In this document: piece after piece, positions 49,031 through 61,007 of the stretch
Numbering within the stretch: position 1 is the first letter of the stretch
Layout of the letters: every line of letters starts with the position of its first letter
Source of the DNA: Podarcis gaigeae
Lineage: Eukaryota
Assembly: GCA_964106915.2 (NCBI GenBank)
Contig: OZ066923.1
Length of the DNA: 64,000 nt
Reading direction: 5' to 3' (one strand)
Program-made: the position numbers and the translations under genes
The notes under the pieces: model-generated
Database searches by the model: none
What the model was told of the DNA's origin: nothing
Seen by the model: the letters and a program-made list of their open reading frames with translations, nothing else

Positions 49031-50525
49031 AGAAAGAGGGAGGGAAGAGACACAAGTTCCTTTATGGAAGGTGTCTTCAGAATACCTTTAAGTTTCTCAG
49101 GCATGAACAGCAGGTACTTAAGCATGTCATAAATAAACATATTGTACTGTTTCATCTGCGTTCCAGATTAGAGAGAGGGGAAGGGAGAAAGGAAGTTGTC
49201 AAGAAATTTAACAAATCAAAATATAAAAAGACAGGCTGTTCTGGGTGTCAGCATTACCACACTGTCTCTTTCATATTGTCTCTTCTCAAAAATAGCAGAG
49301 AAGGGAAGAGGTGCCCTAATCTTCAGTCAAACTGGGAGGTGAATGAAATGTGTAAAAAGTGCACTTAAAAAAAGAAAAAAGGCACTGTGTTTGGAAAGAG
49401 GAGGCAGTGACCAGTAAGGAATTGTTAAAAACGAGAAAAGGAGTAGACATCCCTATTATTTGTTTTTGTTTCATTTTTTTTTTGATGTAACTGCGCTACT
49501 CCAACAAACTATTTTTGTCTTTCCTTGACTAAAACGATGACTCCCCCACAGATGAAATTCTGAAAAATCTGTTGGCTATATTTCATAGTTTTTAAATTAG
49601 TGGTACAAGCAAGAAAATGGAGCCCTCAAGACTTGTGTCAAAGATGTTTTAAGGTCAACTTCTTAATTAGTAGCACTTAATTAGACAACAGATTGATTTG
49701 AGCATCGCCAGAAAACAGACACTTTGCTCAGCCAGTTAAGTGTTGAACGTTCAGAGTGTAGGTGCTGGAATTGACTCTCCCTCCCCACCCCCAAGAAATG
49801 TTGAAGCAAAGAGACTGAATTCCCTCTTTAAACACAAATAATGAGTTGCTTTTGAATATTTCTGTTACTAGCATTTCCTTGTTAAGGACGGGCATACATA
49901 CTTTGCGTTTGCCTTCTGAAGAAAAATCAGAATATGAAACAGTAAAACCTTAAAAGAAATAGTTCACACAAACGGTTTTGAAAATGCAGGAGGAAATTCT
50001 AAAGTAAAGGGGCCGCCAACAAAATGCTTCTCCTACAAACCTAATTTGGCGTGTGGATGCTAAACTTAAGAGGGTGCTCCTACTGGAATTTGGAGGCAAC
50101 AATGGGTCATAAAAACTGAGGCAGACTCTAAGGAATGTTGGGTCCCAGATGCTTAGGAATTTATAGGTCAATCAGCACCTTGGAATTGTGCCCAGGAGAC
50201 AATGTGGAACCAGTCCAGCTGCGAGAACCTTGAGCTATGTTTTCCCGGCAATCCATCCCCAGCTCAGCATCATCCGCCAGCTGAAACATCATTAAGAGTA
50301 GCACCCTTTACAATAGCTCACCCTGGCTTTAAAGAAAAACCTGAATTTGCAAATAACCTGGGGAAACAGGTGTGTGCCCCTTGCTTCCCTTCCTCAGGGA
50401 GGTGACCAAGAGTTCCTAGGAATGAGAGAGCTCCCCCAGGTTTGTGGACTGGCTAACAACGAGAGTGAGGCAGGGTCTGGTTGGCAGAAGGAGACACAAC
50501 ACTTGGGGAAGATTAGAAGGCTGTT

Positions 50526-51288
50526 TGTTGTTGTTGTTTAGTCATTTAGTCGTGTCCGACTCTTCGTGACCCCATGGACCAGAGCATGCCAGGCACTTCT
50601 GTCCTCCACTGCCTCCCACAGTTTGGTCAAACTCATGCTGGTAGCTTCGAGAACATCATCCAACCATCTCGTCCTCTGTCGTCCCCTTCTCCTTGTGCCC
50701 TCCATCTTTCCCAACATCAGGGTCTTTTCCAGGGAGTCTTCTCTTCTCATGAGGTGGCCAAAGTTTTGGAGCCTCAGCTTCAGGATCTGTCCTTCCAGTG
50801 AGCACTCAGGGCTGATTTCCTTCAGAATGGAGAGGTTTGATCTTCTTGCAGTCCATGGGACTCTCAAGAGTCTCCTCCAGCACCATAATTCAAAAGCATC
50901 AATTCTTCGGCTTTCAGCCTTCTTTATGGTCCAGCTCTCACTTCCATACATCGCTACTGGGAAAACCATAGCTTTTACTATACGGACCTTTGTTGGCAAG
51001 GTGATGTCTCTACTTTTTAAGATGCTGTCTAGGTTTGTCATTGCTTTTCTCCCAAGAAGCAGGCGTCTTTTATTTTCGTGGCTGGTGTCACCAACTGCAG
51101 TGATCATGGAGCCCAAGAAAGTAAAATCTCTCACTGCCTCCATTTTCCCCCCTTCTATTTGCCAGGAGGTGATGGGACCAGTGGCCATGAGCTTTGTTTT
51201 TTTGATGTTGAGCTTCAGACCATATTTTACGCTCTCCTCTTTCACCCTCAATAGAAGGTTCTTTAATTCCTCCTCACTTTCTGCCATC
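50526..51288 (-). mobile_element. BovB (RTE) LINE, 5'-truncated
   Basis: Intact 249-aa RT C-terminus (MAESEEELKNLL...HGVTKSRTRLND), (CAA)n tail and TSD AGAAGGCTGTT (50515-50525 / 51289-51299). Confidence 0.96.
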
Positions 51289-52079
51289 AGAAGGCTGTTG
51301 GGGTGTGTGTGAAGAGATGCAACATGGGTTGCATGTGGGGCTGCTCAAGTGGGAGACCTGAGTGCTCTGTGTGATGCAGCCGTGTGAGGATTTTATCATG
51401 CAGCTCCTGGGCCACCTCCACAGGAGAGAAAATGCTGTCTGTGGAGCTAGTCTCTCCCGCGCTTTCTCACTGCAATAAGCATTCTAGGGGCTAATTAAAT
51501 CAATTCATCTGTGCGGTGCTTGGACATCTCTTGAAATGCTCGCTGGGGCTTCTCTTCTAACTCACTCACTGGCTGTCCCCGTGAGTTTTGGAGGTAAACA
51601 AGTGCCTCTACAGTAGCAGCAAAATGCTAATTTTACTCGGGGAATGCTCAGCAGCCAGCAAAGGCCGAAGCCCCAAAGATGCATTGTTCATGCTGAGCTC
51701 TCTGCTCATTTTCAGCCTCAGGCTGTGTACCAGCACTGCACAATGAGCTCCCTATGATTATTTGCATTGTTTATTATTTCGAGTGTGATATTGCCTGAGG
51801 GGCTTTTAGGTGTACAGAGCTTTAATTTTTCTCATCATTTCTTGGCACCAGGTAGGAAAATTGGCTCTTGCATCCTCGCCGCATTTGCAAAGCATTCCAC
51901 AAGCCGTAGCTATAAATAAACCTCTTTTTAATGTGCCTTCAATGGCAAACTGCCTTTTCTGGCGGCATCTTTGGCACCTCTCTGCAAAGCCATACAGCAC
52001 CATTATGGCACATCAACAATGCCCGAATAGGAAGTGCTAGTGTAACTATTTTTATATGAACCATTTACAGTTAGTTATA

Positions 52080-52343
52080 TCAGGGATGTGCAAAGGTTGC
52101 AGGTGGAATTTTGGCGTCAGAGGTGGAGGGGCCATCATCCCTCACTTTTTTCTTAGAGATTATTAACTTTATAGGTGGGACCTTCCGGCCGGAAGACAAG
52201 GCCCTTTTCTTAATTCTGTTGGCTGCCTTCACGGCATTGCTAGGCGTGCCCTTCGCTGCGGCTCTTGGAGTGCTCTCTGCTACAGCAGCAAGTGTGTGCA
52301 AGGGGGAGCCTTCCAATTGTTCAGCTGCCATGGCTAGAGACAT
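52080..52343 (-). CDS. Candidate nested microprotein ORF (87 aa; 83 aa from the Kozak ATG at 52331)
   Basis: Non-repetitive and protein-like, with GCCATGG Kozak context. Contains LHTLAAVA and KVPPIKLIISKKK motifs. No homolog recognised. Confidence 0.35.
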   Translation of the reverse strand: MSLAMAAEQLEGSPLHTLAAVAESTPRAAAKGTPSNAVKAANRIKKRALSSGRKVPPIKLIISKKKVRDDGPSTSDAKIPPATFAHP

Positions 52344-52437
52344 AATGCACCTAGAAGCGATGTCCACCACTACTGGAACCCACAAAATACCTGAGTAAAA
52401 TGGCAGGTTTTTGTTTTTTTTTAAAAAAATTATTACA

Positions 52438-52439
<2 letters not shown>

Positions 52440-52486
<47 letters not shown>
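52440..52486 (+). repeat. (ATT)n microsatellite
   Basis: Read directly. Confidence 0.95.
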
Positions 52487-52487
<1 letters not shown>

Positions 52488-53030
52488 ATATTTTGCAATC
52501 AAAACATTTGGGCTAAGGACAGAACCAGCCAACCTAAGTGCACACAAACACTAAAACTGCAAAAGAGGAATAACAGTTAGCACACATCCTTAATCATGGG
52601 CTCCTGCTATAAAGAACAGGGTGTGAACATGACTGCCATGCGGCCTGACATAACCCCCCTCCCCCAACCAGAAAAACTGAAAGCCATGCTTCTAAGATTT
52701 TTCAGTGGGTGGCTGACACGCGGCCTACCACCGGGGCGCCCTCCGCCCTCTCGGGCCTGGAAGGAAAAACAGCAAAAGAGGCTTGAGCCAAGGAGTCAGC
52801 CTCTTTTCTTTTGGCCTTGGGCCCACCCCTGGCTGGCCATCCTCCCTGGCCGAGGGCAGGTCAAAGGCCGGCTCAAGCAGGTGGGTAGCACCCGCCCAGG
52901 TGAGCCCCACTCAGTGCCACAAACCCAGCCCACCTGTGGGGAAGGGAGGGTGGATATTATCAGCAGATATCCTACCCTGGTCTGAAAGAGCAGGTTTCTG
53001 TGACAAATTTATCTGTCTGTCTGAAGTGTG

Positions 53031-53168
53031 GCTTCCAGTGGCATAGGGTGTCTGGCTGTTAACCAGCAGGTTGATGGTTTGAGCCCACCCAGGGATGGCT
53101 GTGGGCAGGACACCTGAATTGCAGGGGTTGGACGAGGCGACCCTCAGCCATCCCAATTCTTTGAATCC
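53031..53168 (+). mobile_element. tRNA-Asn-derived SINE with CR1 3' tail
   Basis: GGCTGTTAACC..AGGTTGATGGTTTGAGCCCACCCAGGGATG matches tRNA-Asn(GTT), followed by TTGCAGGGGTTGGAC..GACCCTC. Confidence 0.72.
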
Positions 53169-53786
53169 AAGTTCTAATTCCACAACTCTTCCTCTAAAGT
53201 GGCAAATTGCTTCTTGTAAGTAGCCCTCAATTCTGCTTTTCTTTGAGGGTTGAGGACGCGCATGCATGTTTTTAGTCATAGTCACACTACATTACGGGTT
53301 TGTAGTTTTAAGATTGAATAAACACCTGGATGGTTTTGCGCATGCACGTCTTGTGGAATGTCATGAGATAAGGTGCAAAGATTTCAAGAGATGGATACAA
53401 TTTTTTTAAAAAAAACTTCTCCTGATTAAAGATACTGAAAGTATTTAGTGATCACTGAAGCAGAACTGGAGAAAAATATTATGATGACTAGTAATGCTCA
53501 AAGGAATAAGAAATCTATTTACCGACATAACAGCTACATCTGATTGGTGTAATGTCTTCCCCTGTCATTGCCTGCCCCGCTTTGAGTCTAAAAGGTAAAA
53601 ATGAGTTTCTTTCCTATGAATGTGGTCACCCAACACTGGACAACCTGGACAACACTTGTGACTTGTGCCCCACATTTGAAAGCTTCTTTAGGATTGTCTA
53701 TTGCAGATTATTTTGACAGCAATAACATTGTTTCCTTTAAAACTACCTGAGTCTCCTTCATTCATTTATCTTAACTTTAAATTAAA

Positions 53787-54150
53787 AGGTAAAGGTAAAG
53801 GTACCCCTGCCCGTACGGGCCAGTCTTGACAGACTCTGGGGTTGTGCGCCCATCTCACTTAAGAGGCCAGGGGCCAGCGCTGTCCGGAGACACTTCCGGG
53901 TCATGTGGCCAGCGTGACAAAGCTGCTCTGGCGAGCCAGCGCAGCACACACGGAAACGCCGTTTACCTTCCCGCTGGTAAGCGGTCCCTATTTATCTACT
54001 TGCACCCGGAGGTGCTTTCGAACTGCTAGGTGGGCAGGCGCTGGGACCGAGCAGCGGGAGCGCACCCCGCCGCAGGGATTCGAACCGCCGACCTTTCGAT
54101 CGGCAAGTCCTAGGCGCTGAGGCTTTAACCCACAGCGCCACCTGCGTCCC
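53787..54150 (-). mobile_element. Sauria SINE, young CpG-rich subfamily
   Basis: Full length, with TSD TAACTTTAAA(A)TTA. Confidence 0.93.
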
Positions 54151-55703
54151 TAACTTTAAATTACTTTCCTGCAACTCATTCTTATGGCCAAAATCTGAAT
54201 ATGAGAAATGCTTATATTTTTTTGCTCTGCCCTTTTCCAACAGATGAAGAGCACAGGGCAGTCTTCACAGAAAGTTCACTTTAAGACTTACTGTATCATT
54301 GCAAGGACCAATTCATTTAGAAATGTTAAAAAGCTGTGCAGGTAATGTGGGAACCCAACAACAAGCAAACAGGCAATGCTACTCAGCCCTCAACCAGGCC
54401 TTTGGCTGTTAAACAAACTATGGCCTTTAAAATGTGTTGTGTGTGTTTGTTGTTGTTATGTTATGCATTTTTTGTTTTTATGCTGTAAACCATCAAATAA
54501 AGTGTGGTATATAAGTTTAATAAATAATGATGATGGTAATTCACACTACAATATCAGTTCCGGCCGCTAAAAACTCAGATCACCTCCAAACATGATAAAA
54601 TCAAAAACTGTCTTGAGAAAATTGTCCTAGCAACCAGCAAATCAGACCCGGAACATGGTTTCAACCTACAACCTTTGGAGGAAGGATAACTTTCCATCCA
54701 CATTTGAAGTAACTAGAGTCAAAGAGCTTTTGACCAAGATCCCACCCCCCAAACATTCACTGATGGGGAAGAACGCCTCATCTTGAGATTCAGGAGAAAT
54801 AAATAAGGCTAGGTGCTGAGGCTTTTGCAATCCTACAGGTGAGCCAAGAATCCCCAAATTATGTTTTTATCAACTGCAGAATTTGTGGTTTTCATGTTCA
54901 CCAAGGGACGTCAACTCAAATCCCTTGCTAGGCTGGCTTCGCCCTTCTCAAACTTCAGAAGTGAAAATCACTTTGTAAATTCCTCTTTTGCCTAGAAATC
55001 TGATGAGCGGATTTTTAAACCTGGTGTCACAAGAGAATTTCTCCTGCTCTGTGCCTCTGCCAACATTGGGCATCGCTTACAAAATCCTCCCGGTACCTGT
55101 CAAACTTCTGAACCACAGAAGCAGCAAGCAGAGTGAGGGGCTGAATGAAAATGGGAAGCCTCAAGCCTAAACCCATTCACTGCTGTTCCTCTCATTTCTC
55201 CTCCTCCTCTTCCAAAAAGAGGGGGGAAAGGCAACTGGAGAAAACCTCTGAGCTGCTTAACCACAGCTCTAAAATACTGTTGTGTTCAATGACTGACTTT
55301 CAGTATCAAAATCTTTTCCCGGCCCTAATCTAATTCTAGAGTTGGGATTTTGCTATCTTTCTATGAAAGACACTCATCCCAGAAGAGTAGCCTCATCTGC
55401 ACTAAGCCAGGATGTTAGTGCTTGCTTATCCTCTCTCTTGCACAAGGCAAAAACCACTTAATACACAATTTAGCACAAATACGCTTTAAGAAAAACCACC
55501 AGAAGGATGCAAGGAATGTGATCCTTTCTTCTTTTTAAAAACATGAATATACTATACAACTGCATTAAGCTGAAAGAGCCGCTTTAGGTTCTGTTTGGTT
55601 TTTTTGAAGATGCTAACAATACCATCAGCACAGTGAAATAATACTTTAAATAAAGCTAGAGATATTGGCGGTAATCCCCCAGTCATACACCAACATACAT
55701 AAT

Positions 55704-55994
55704 CAATGCCGGATTTACGTATAAGCTAAACAAGCTATAGCTTAGGGCCCCTCCCCCCCTCAATTTCACTATTAATATACTTCTGAATTATATTTCAGTT
55801 CAACTTTGATAAAATGCATATTTTGTTATGTGCAAATGGCTTTAGATACCTATTAGATCCATAAACAAAATATATAGCATATATTCAACACAAGAAACAG
55901 CGACAATATGTTGTTGATAAAGGACAACTGGACATATAAAGGGTCCCATTATCTTCAGTAGCTTAGGGCCTCATCAAACCTAAATCCAGCCCTG
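55704..55994. mobile_element. Non-autonomous hAT element
   Basis: GCCGGATTTA...TAAATCCAGCCCTG TIRs with 8-bp TSD TACAT(A/C)AT. Confidence 0.78.
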
Positions 55995-56064
55995 TACATC
56001 ATAACTGAGAAGAATTTGCAGCAAAAAAATAGGGATTCATGCTCTGCAGAGCTCTCAGTTTGTA

Positions 56065-56398
56065 GGGTTAAACCACAGAGCCTAGGGCTTGCTGATCAGA
56101 AGGTTGGCAGTTCAAACCCCGCGATGGGGTGAGCTCCCGTTTCTCGGTCCCTGCTCCTGCCAACCTAGCAATTCGAAAGCACGTCAAAGTGCAAATAGAT
56201 AAATAGGTACCGCTCCGCTGGGAAGGTAAACAGCATTTCCATGAGCAGCTCTGGTTCACCAGTAGCGGCTTAGTCATGCTGGCCACATGACCCGGAAGCT
56301 GTATGCCAGCTCCCTTGGCCAGTAAAGCGAGATGAGCACCACAACCCCAGAGTCGGCCACAACTGGACCTAATGGTCAGGGGTCCCTTTACCTTTACC
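56065..56398 (+). mobile_element. Sauria SINE, slightly 5'-truncated
   Basis: Starts GGGTTAAACCACAGAG and ends in an ACCTTT tail. Confidence 0.92.
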
Positions 56399-57859
56399 CT
56401 GTTATTTAGCCTGCCAGCGAAAGTCACTAGGCTGGCAAGGTGCTAGGCTCTCTCAGTGGTGGCCCCAGATCTTTGGATCTCCCTCCCAAACTCATCACCT
56501 TATTCAAGTCTGTGTTTGCATGAATTATGCTGCACTTGGAAAACAAATATTAAGCTGCTTTGGGCATATGTGAGAATTTCATAATTTTATGTTCCTGTGT
56601 TTTAAAGTCTTATAAGTCGCCTTGTGGTGGTAGTGTGTGCTGAAGGGCAGGTTTCAAATAAACAGATAAATAACTTGTAAGCCACTCTGGGTTCCTTGGA
56701 GTAAGGGTGGGATAAAAATGTAATAATAATAGTCTCCCAATCCAACCTAGCACTTTCGAGAAATCTGGAGAGGAAAAGCTGTAACCTATTATTGGCCTCT
56801 TGTTTTATTTTGGTGCTTCCTCCCCCTCCCTGCACCATCATGCCCCAGATATTTAGCTAATTGGAACTGCATATTTCCAGCATAAGTCTTTGGCTGTAAT
56901 TTGGTGCAGCTGTTTTAGGGCTCTAAGTAGGAATCTGAAATGATTTAATTATAATGCGCATGCATCAGGAACGGCAAGGCAATTACAAATAACAACCATA
57001 GAAATGCTAATAGACAGAGCTTTGTTAGGGAGGAGGAAGACAAGAGACTGTTTCAATGCGAGCAATTACAAGGGCCCGCTGTATGCTGGAAAATGAACTG
57101 GCCTTCAAAACATTTTGACGCTTTCATTTGTACATAAAATAAAAGGTCTCCGAAGGGGGCTGCCTGACAAATCGGGGTATTGGTGGTAAAGGAGGCGGGA
57201 TATCCCTCATGCGAGAAACATGCAAAAGAACATTTGCACATGAAAGTCAGCATGGCTGCACTGCCTGCCACACTGATGTTCAACATGCGCTTTAGTCCTC
57301 AGTGTGGATCAGGCCTGCTGTGTTTCAAGCTGCAGTTCAGGCAACTCGGCGTCTACTATTAAATATAGATTTAATGCTTATTCTAAGGGTCTGACTGTGG
57401 CTGCTCTGTTGTTACCACTTTAGACATTAGAGCACCCAAGTTACTACGATGTTGCAAACCTGAATCTCTCCCCTCAAAACAGAGGATATGAAGCACTCTC
57501 AAGAATGCTGAAATGTGGAATGCCTTGAAAGGCATCCTGAAAACGAATCATCTTTCCAACAAAACAGAGTACATGAAGTACATTCCCACCTTCATACCAT
57601 CGCAAAAGCTGAAATTTCTTACATACATATTCCAAAATGGACCAAGTGGAAAGTATGAGACCATGACATTAATAACAAAAAAACCCACCTCCTTCATTCT
57701 AAATGGGAGACATGAGGTATACCCTCACAAGGGTTAATAGATTTCTAGGCCAACCAGAAAGCTGAATTTGAAGGTTTATTTATACCATTTATTTGCTTAT
57801 TATCTATGTAGACCATGGCATTGCAAAGTGGGGGAAGAGGTATGTTTTAGAAGCTAATA

Positions 57860-58108
57860 CAGTGGACACTCGGGTTGCGAATGTGATCCGTGTGGGATGC
57901 ACGTTCGCAACCTGCAGCGTTCGCAACCCACGTCTGTGCACGTGCAGGTTGCGATTCGGCGCTTCTGCGCATATGCAAAGCGCGATTTAGCACTTCTGCA
58001 CATGCGTGACTGCCAAAACCCAAAAGTAACCCATTCCGGTACTTCCGGGTTTCAGCAGTCCGCAACCCAAAAAAACACAACCTGAAATGGTTGTAACTTG
58101 AGGTATAC
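57860..58108. mobile_element. Tigger/pogo-like MITE (related family)
   Basis: TA|CAGTGGACACTCGGGTTGCG...TGTAACTTGAGGTA. Confidence 0.7.
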
Positions 58109-58590
58109 ACTCTTTCTCACACTCACACACTATTATTAAAACCTTTATGGGTGGGGAAACATTCATTTATTGAATAAATGGAGACCTGAATTTTTCAAAA
58201 CCATGCTTTCTGCCCCCTTCCTTGTATCACGGAACTTTCTTTGTCAAGCTGCAGGGTGGCTTGTGGAAGTCCTGCTTTTTTCAGTTCCGTAGCTAGTGTT
58301 TACATTAATGTGGCCATTAACAAATCAATTAAGCATCTCCCCCTAACATTTTGTCATCAGAATCAAGAGGCGGCAGGCTGTGCTCTGCCATGCAGAATCT
58401 TAGCGCTCACATGACCAGAGGAATCCGCCTGACTTTACTGGCCCACAGAGCCCAGGCTGCTTTCTCTCTGACTGGTAACAACTCTCATGGGTTTCAGGCA
58501 AAGAGATGCTTTTCCTAGCACTGCTAGCAGAGATTCGAGATGCTGGGGATGAATCCTGGGACCCTTGGCATGCTGAGCATGTATTTGAAC

Positions 58591-58594
<4 letters not shown>

Positions 58595-58634
<40 letters not shown>

Positions 58635-58643
58635 CCCCCCCCC
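58595..58643 (+). repeat. (CT)n plus C-run
   Basis: Read directly. Confidence 0.95.
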
Positions 58644-59877
58644 ACTAGAGCTGCAACGAGTTCAGGTTGGACTTGGTATTCCAATTTAAAACTTGGGAGC
58701 GAGAATGTATTATTAATAAAACGAAATAATAAAGCCTTGACCGTCTCTCCACAGATGTCTACATTCTGGCAGCCTCGAGTCCCTTTTGCACAACACACTT
58801 CTCACTCCCACTTTTAAATTAATTCTGACACTTCCCACACAGAAGCAGAAGTGCTCGGAAGTGGGAGGGGCGAGTGGGGTGTGTGTGTGTGGAATGGCAG
58901 AATATAATAAATAGAGATATTACAAATCTCTTTCCCCTTTAAATCAGTTCCAGTTAAGAGCTATCTACCCTTAGAGCAACATGTTCCATTTCATGGCCCC
59001 AAACAGAGTCAGAAAGAGATCGGCGGCTGTCGCTCAGGGAGGGATAATAAAGAGGATAGGCAGCTTGGTCGCTCCCCACCCCCACCCCCACCCCGTCCTC
59101 CCCAACGACTTTGAAATATTGGAGAGAAAATGAAAAGGACCCGGCGCGCTTCTTTTGAATTAGCTCCACTATCAGTCCCTCGGCTAGCAGCTTTGTGTTG
59201 CTCTTGCGATGCAACCTGCCTGGGAAATGAGATTTGGGAATACAAGACCCTTTCTGTGAACCCTGGAGTGACAGGTCAATTTCGACAGAGAAGTGGAAAA
59301 AACGTGTACGGTAATGAAACATGGCTTTTCTCTGTGTGAACACACACACATATTATATGTTCCAAGACAGACAGCCTTCAAGCGGGGTTGGCACATAAGC
59401 AGGGGGAAGATAAAACGTTATCCTGTTAGTGGATGGAGTCAGCTACTGGCAGATAAGACACGGGGACTGCATGAATCCAGCTCATCTGGCGGCCATCTTT
59501 TGTTCAGCCCACTCAAAAACAAGAAGCCCTCTCCTTAAACACAAGGTTAAATGATTCCCCCCCCCCCCATCACACTGGAAACCTTTATCCTTATTTCCAC
59601 GTAGTTAGGGATGGGCGCTGATTGGACAAGGGGAAAATTGGTTGTGGGCAAGAGAGATGGAGAAGAGGAGTGAATGGCTGTTTCCAGGGGGGTCTGTGAT
59701 GCAACTGCCCCCCAGCAGTGCCTATTACCCTTCCCAACGTACCAGGCCAAAAATAAGTTGGGTGGGGTGTCACCAAGCGCCCGCATCTCACACACTTTTT
59801 CAAGCTGCTCAGCCGGAAATCCGTCACTCTCATACTGTAGTGTAGGTGGAGATGCAGCTGAATGCTCTGATGACTTA

Positions 59878-61007
59878 CCGCACTTTTCGCACCATAGGGC
59901 GCACTTTTCCCGTCTTAAAAACTAAGGGGGAAAGTCTGTGCGTCCTATGGAGCGAATGCAGGGGGGAGGCAGGCAGCAAAAGCCCCCAAGAGCCCCACAC
60001 AAGCTTCGCGCGGCTCTTGCGGGCTTTTCCCCAAGAGGGAGAAGGGACTGACACCGCCAGTCAGTCCCTTCTCCCTCCTCTAGAAAAGCCTTGCACAACC
60101 TCTCCAGCCGGGGGGAGGCTTCGCAAGGCTAAAGAGGAAGCCAGGGCAGCGGGCGCGATCCATCCTGTTCACTGCCCTGGCTTCCTCTTTAGCCTTGCGC
60201 GCCTCTCTGCGATCCACCAGAGGTAGATCTAAACCCTTGCCTCACCTGGGAGCTTCTCTGGGCAGGAATTCCCTCAGCTTAAGTGGGGTGGGGGAAGTGT
60301 GGCAGGTAGGGGGGTACCTACCTAGACACTGAAGCCACATGTCTCTCAGATGAAAATTGGGAGTGGGTATGGTGTGAAGTGGCTGTGGATCTCCTGCTGC
60401 AGAACTGTAGGACTGTATAGAGTTGGGAGGGCCACCCAAGGGTCATCTAGCCCAGCCCCCTCACAATGTAGGAATCACAGCTAAAGAAGGCCAGGCAGAT
60501 GGTCCCCCAACCGCTGCTTAAAAGCCTCCAGTGGTGGAGACCCCAAACACCTTCCGAGGTCATAGAATTGCAGGGTTGGAAGGGAACCCCAGGAGTCATC
60601 TAGTCCAGGCCTGGTGGACAGCGGGCACAATCCATCCCGTTGCGCAAGACTAAAGATGCTGCGCAAGGCTAAAGAGGAAGCTAGGGCAGCGAGTGGGATG
60701 GATTACGCTCACTGCCTTGTCTTCTTCTTTAGCCGCACTGGAGAGGTTTAGCTCCTGGCTGGAGAGGTTGCGCAGCTATGGATCCCGCGCGCTGTCTTGG
60801 CTTCTTTGCTCTTTGGGGCTGGTGAGGGAACCCGGGCTTCCCCCGCAGCCCTGAGAAGCTCTGGGAGAAGCAGACAGGCTGCGTGCAGCCTGTTCGTTGC
60901 TCTTTGGGGCTGGGGGGGGGGGAGATAATATTTTTTTCCTTGATTTCCCCCTCTAAAAACTAGGTGCGTCCTGTGGTCCGGTGCGTCCAATAGAGCAAAA
61001 AATACGG
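59878..61007. mobile_element. Tc1/mariner-type non-autonomous element containing internal hairpins and CR1 tail fragments
   Basis: TA|CCGCACTTTTCGCACCATAGGGCGCAC...GTGCGTCCAATAGAGCAAAAAATACGG|TA. CR1 tails at about 60410-60610. Confidence 0.75.

Noticed and set aside
50566-51312. 248-aa plus-strand ORF
   Set aside because: It is the antisense shadow of the BovB ORF.
52111-52398. Plus-strand 95-aa hydrophobic ORF
   Set aside because: It starts at TTG rather than ATG and is the antisense shadow of the better-supported minus-strand ORF.
53031-53100. Functional tRNA-Asn gene (likewise the Lys- and Ala-like heads at 12470-12543 and 41075-41145)
   Set aside because: The D-arm and stems are degenerate, and each head is fused to a retroposon body or tail.
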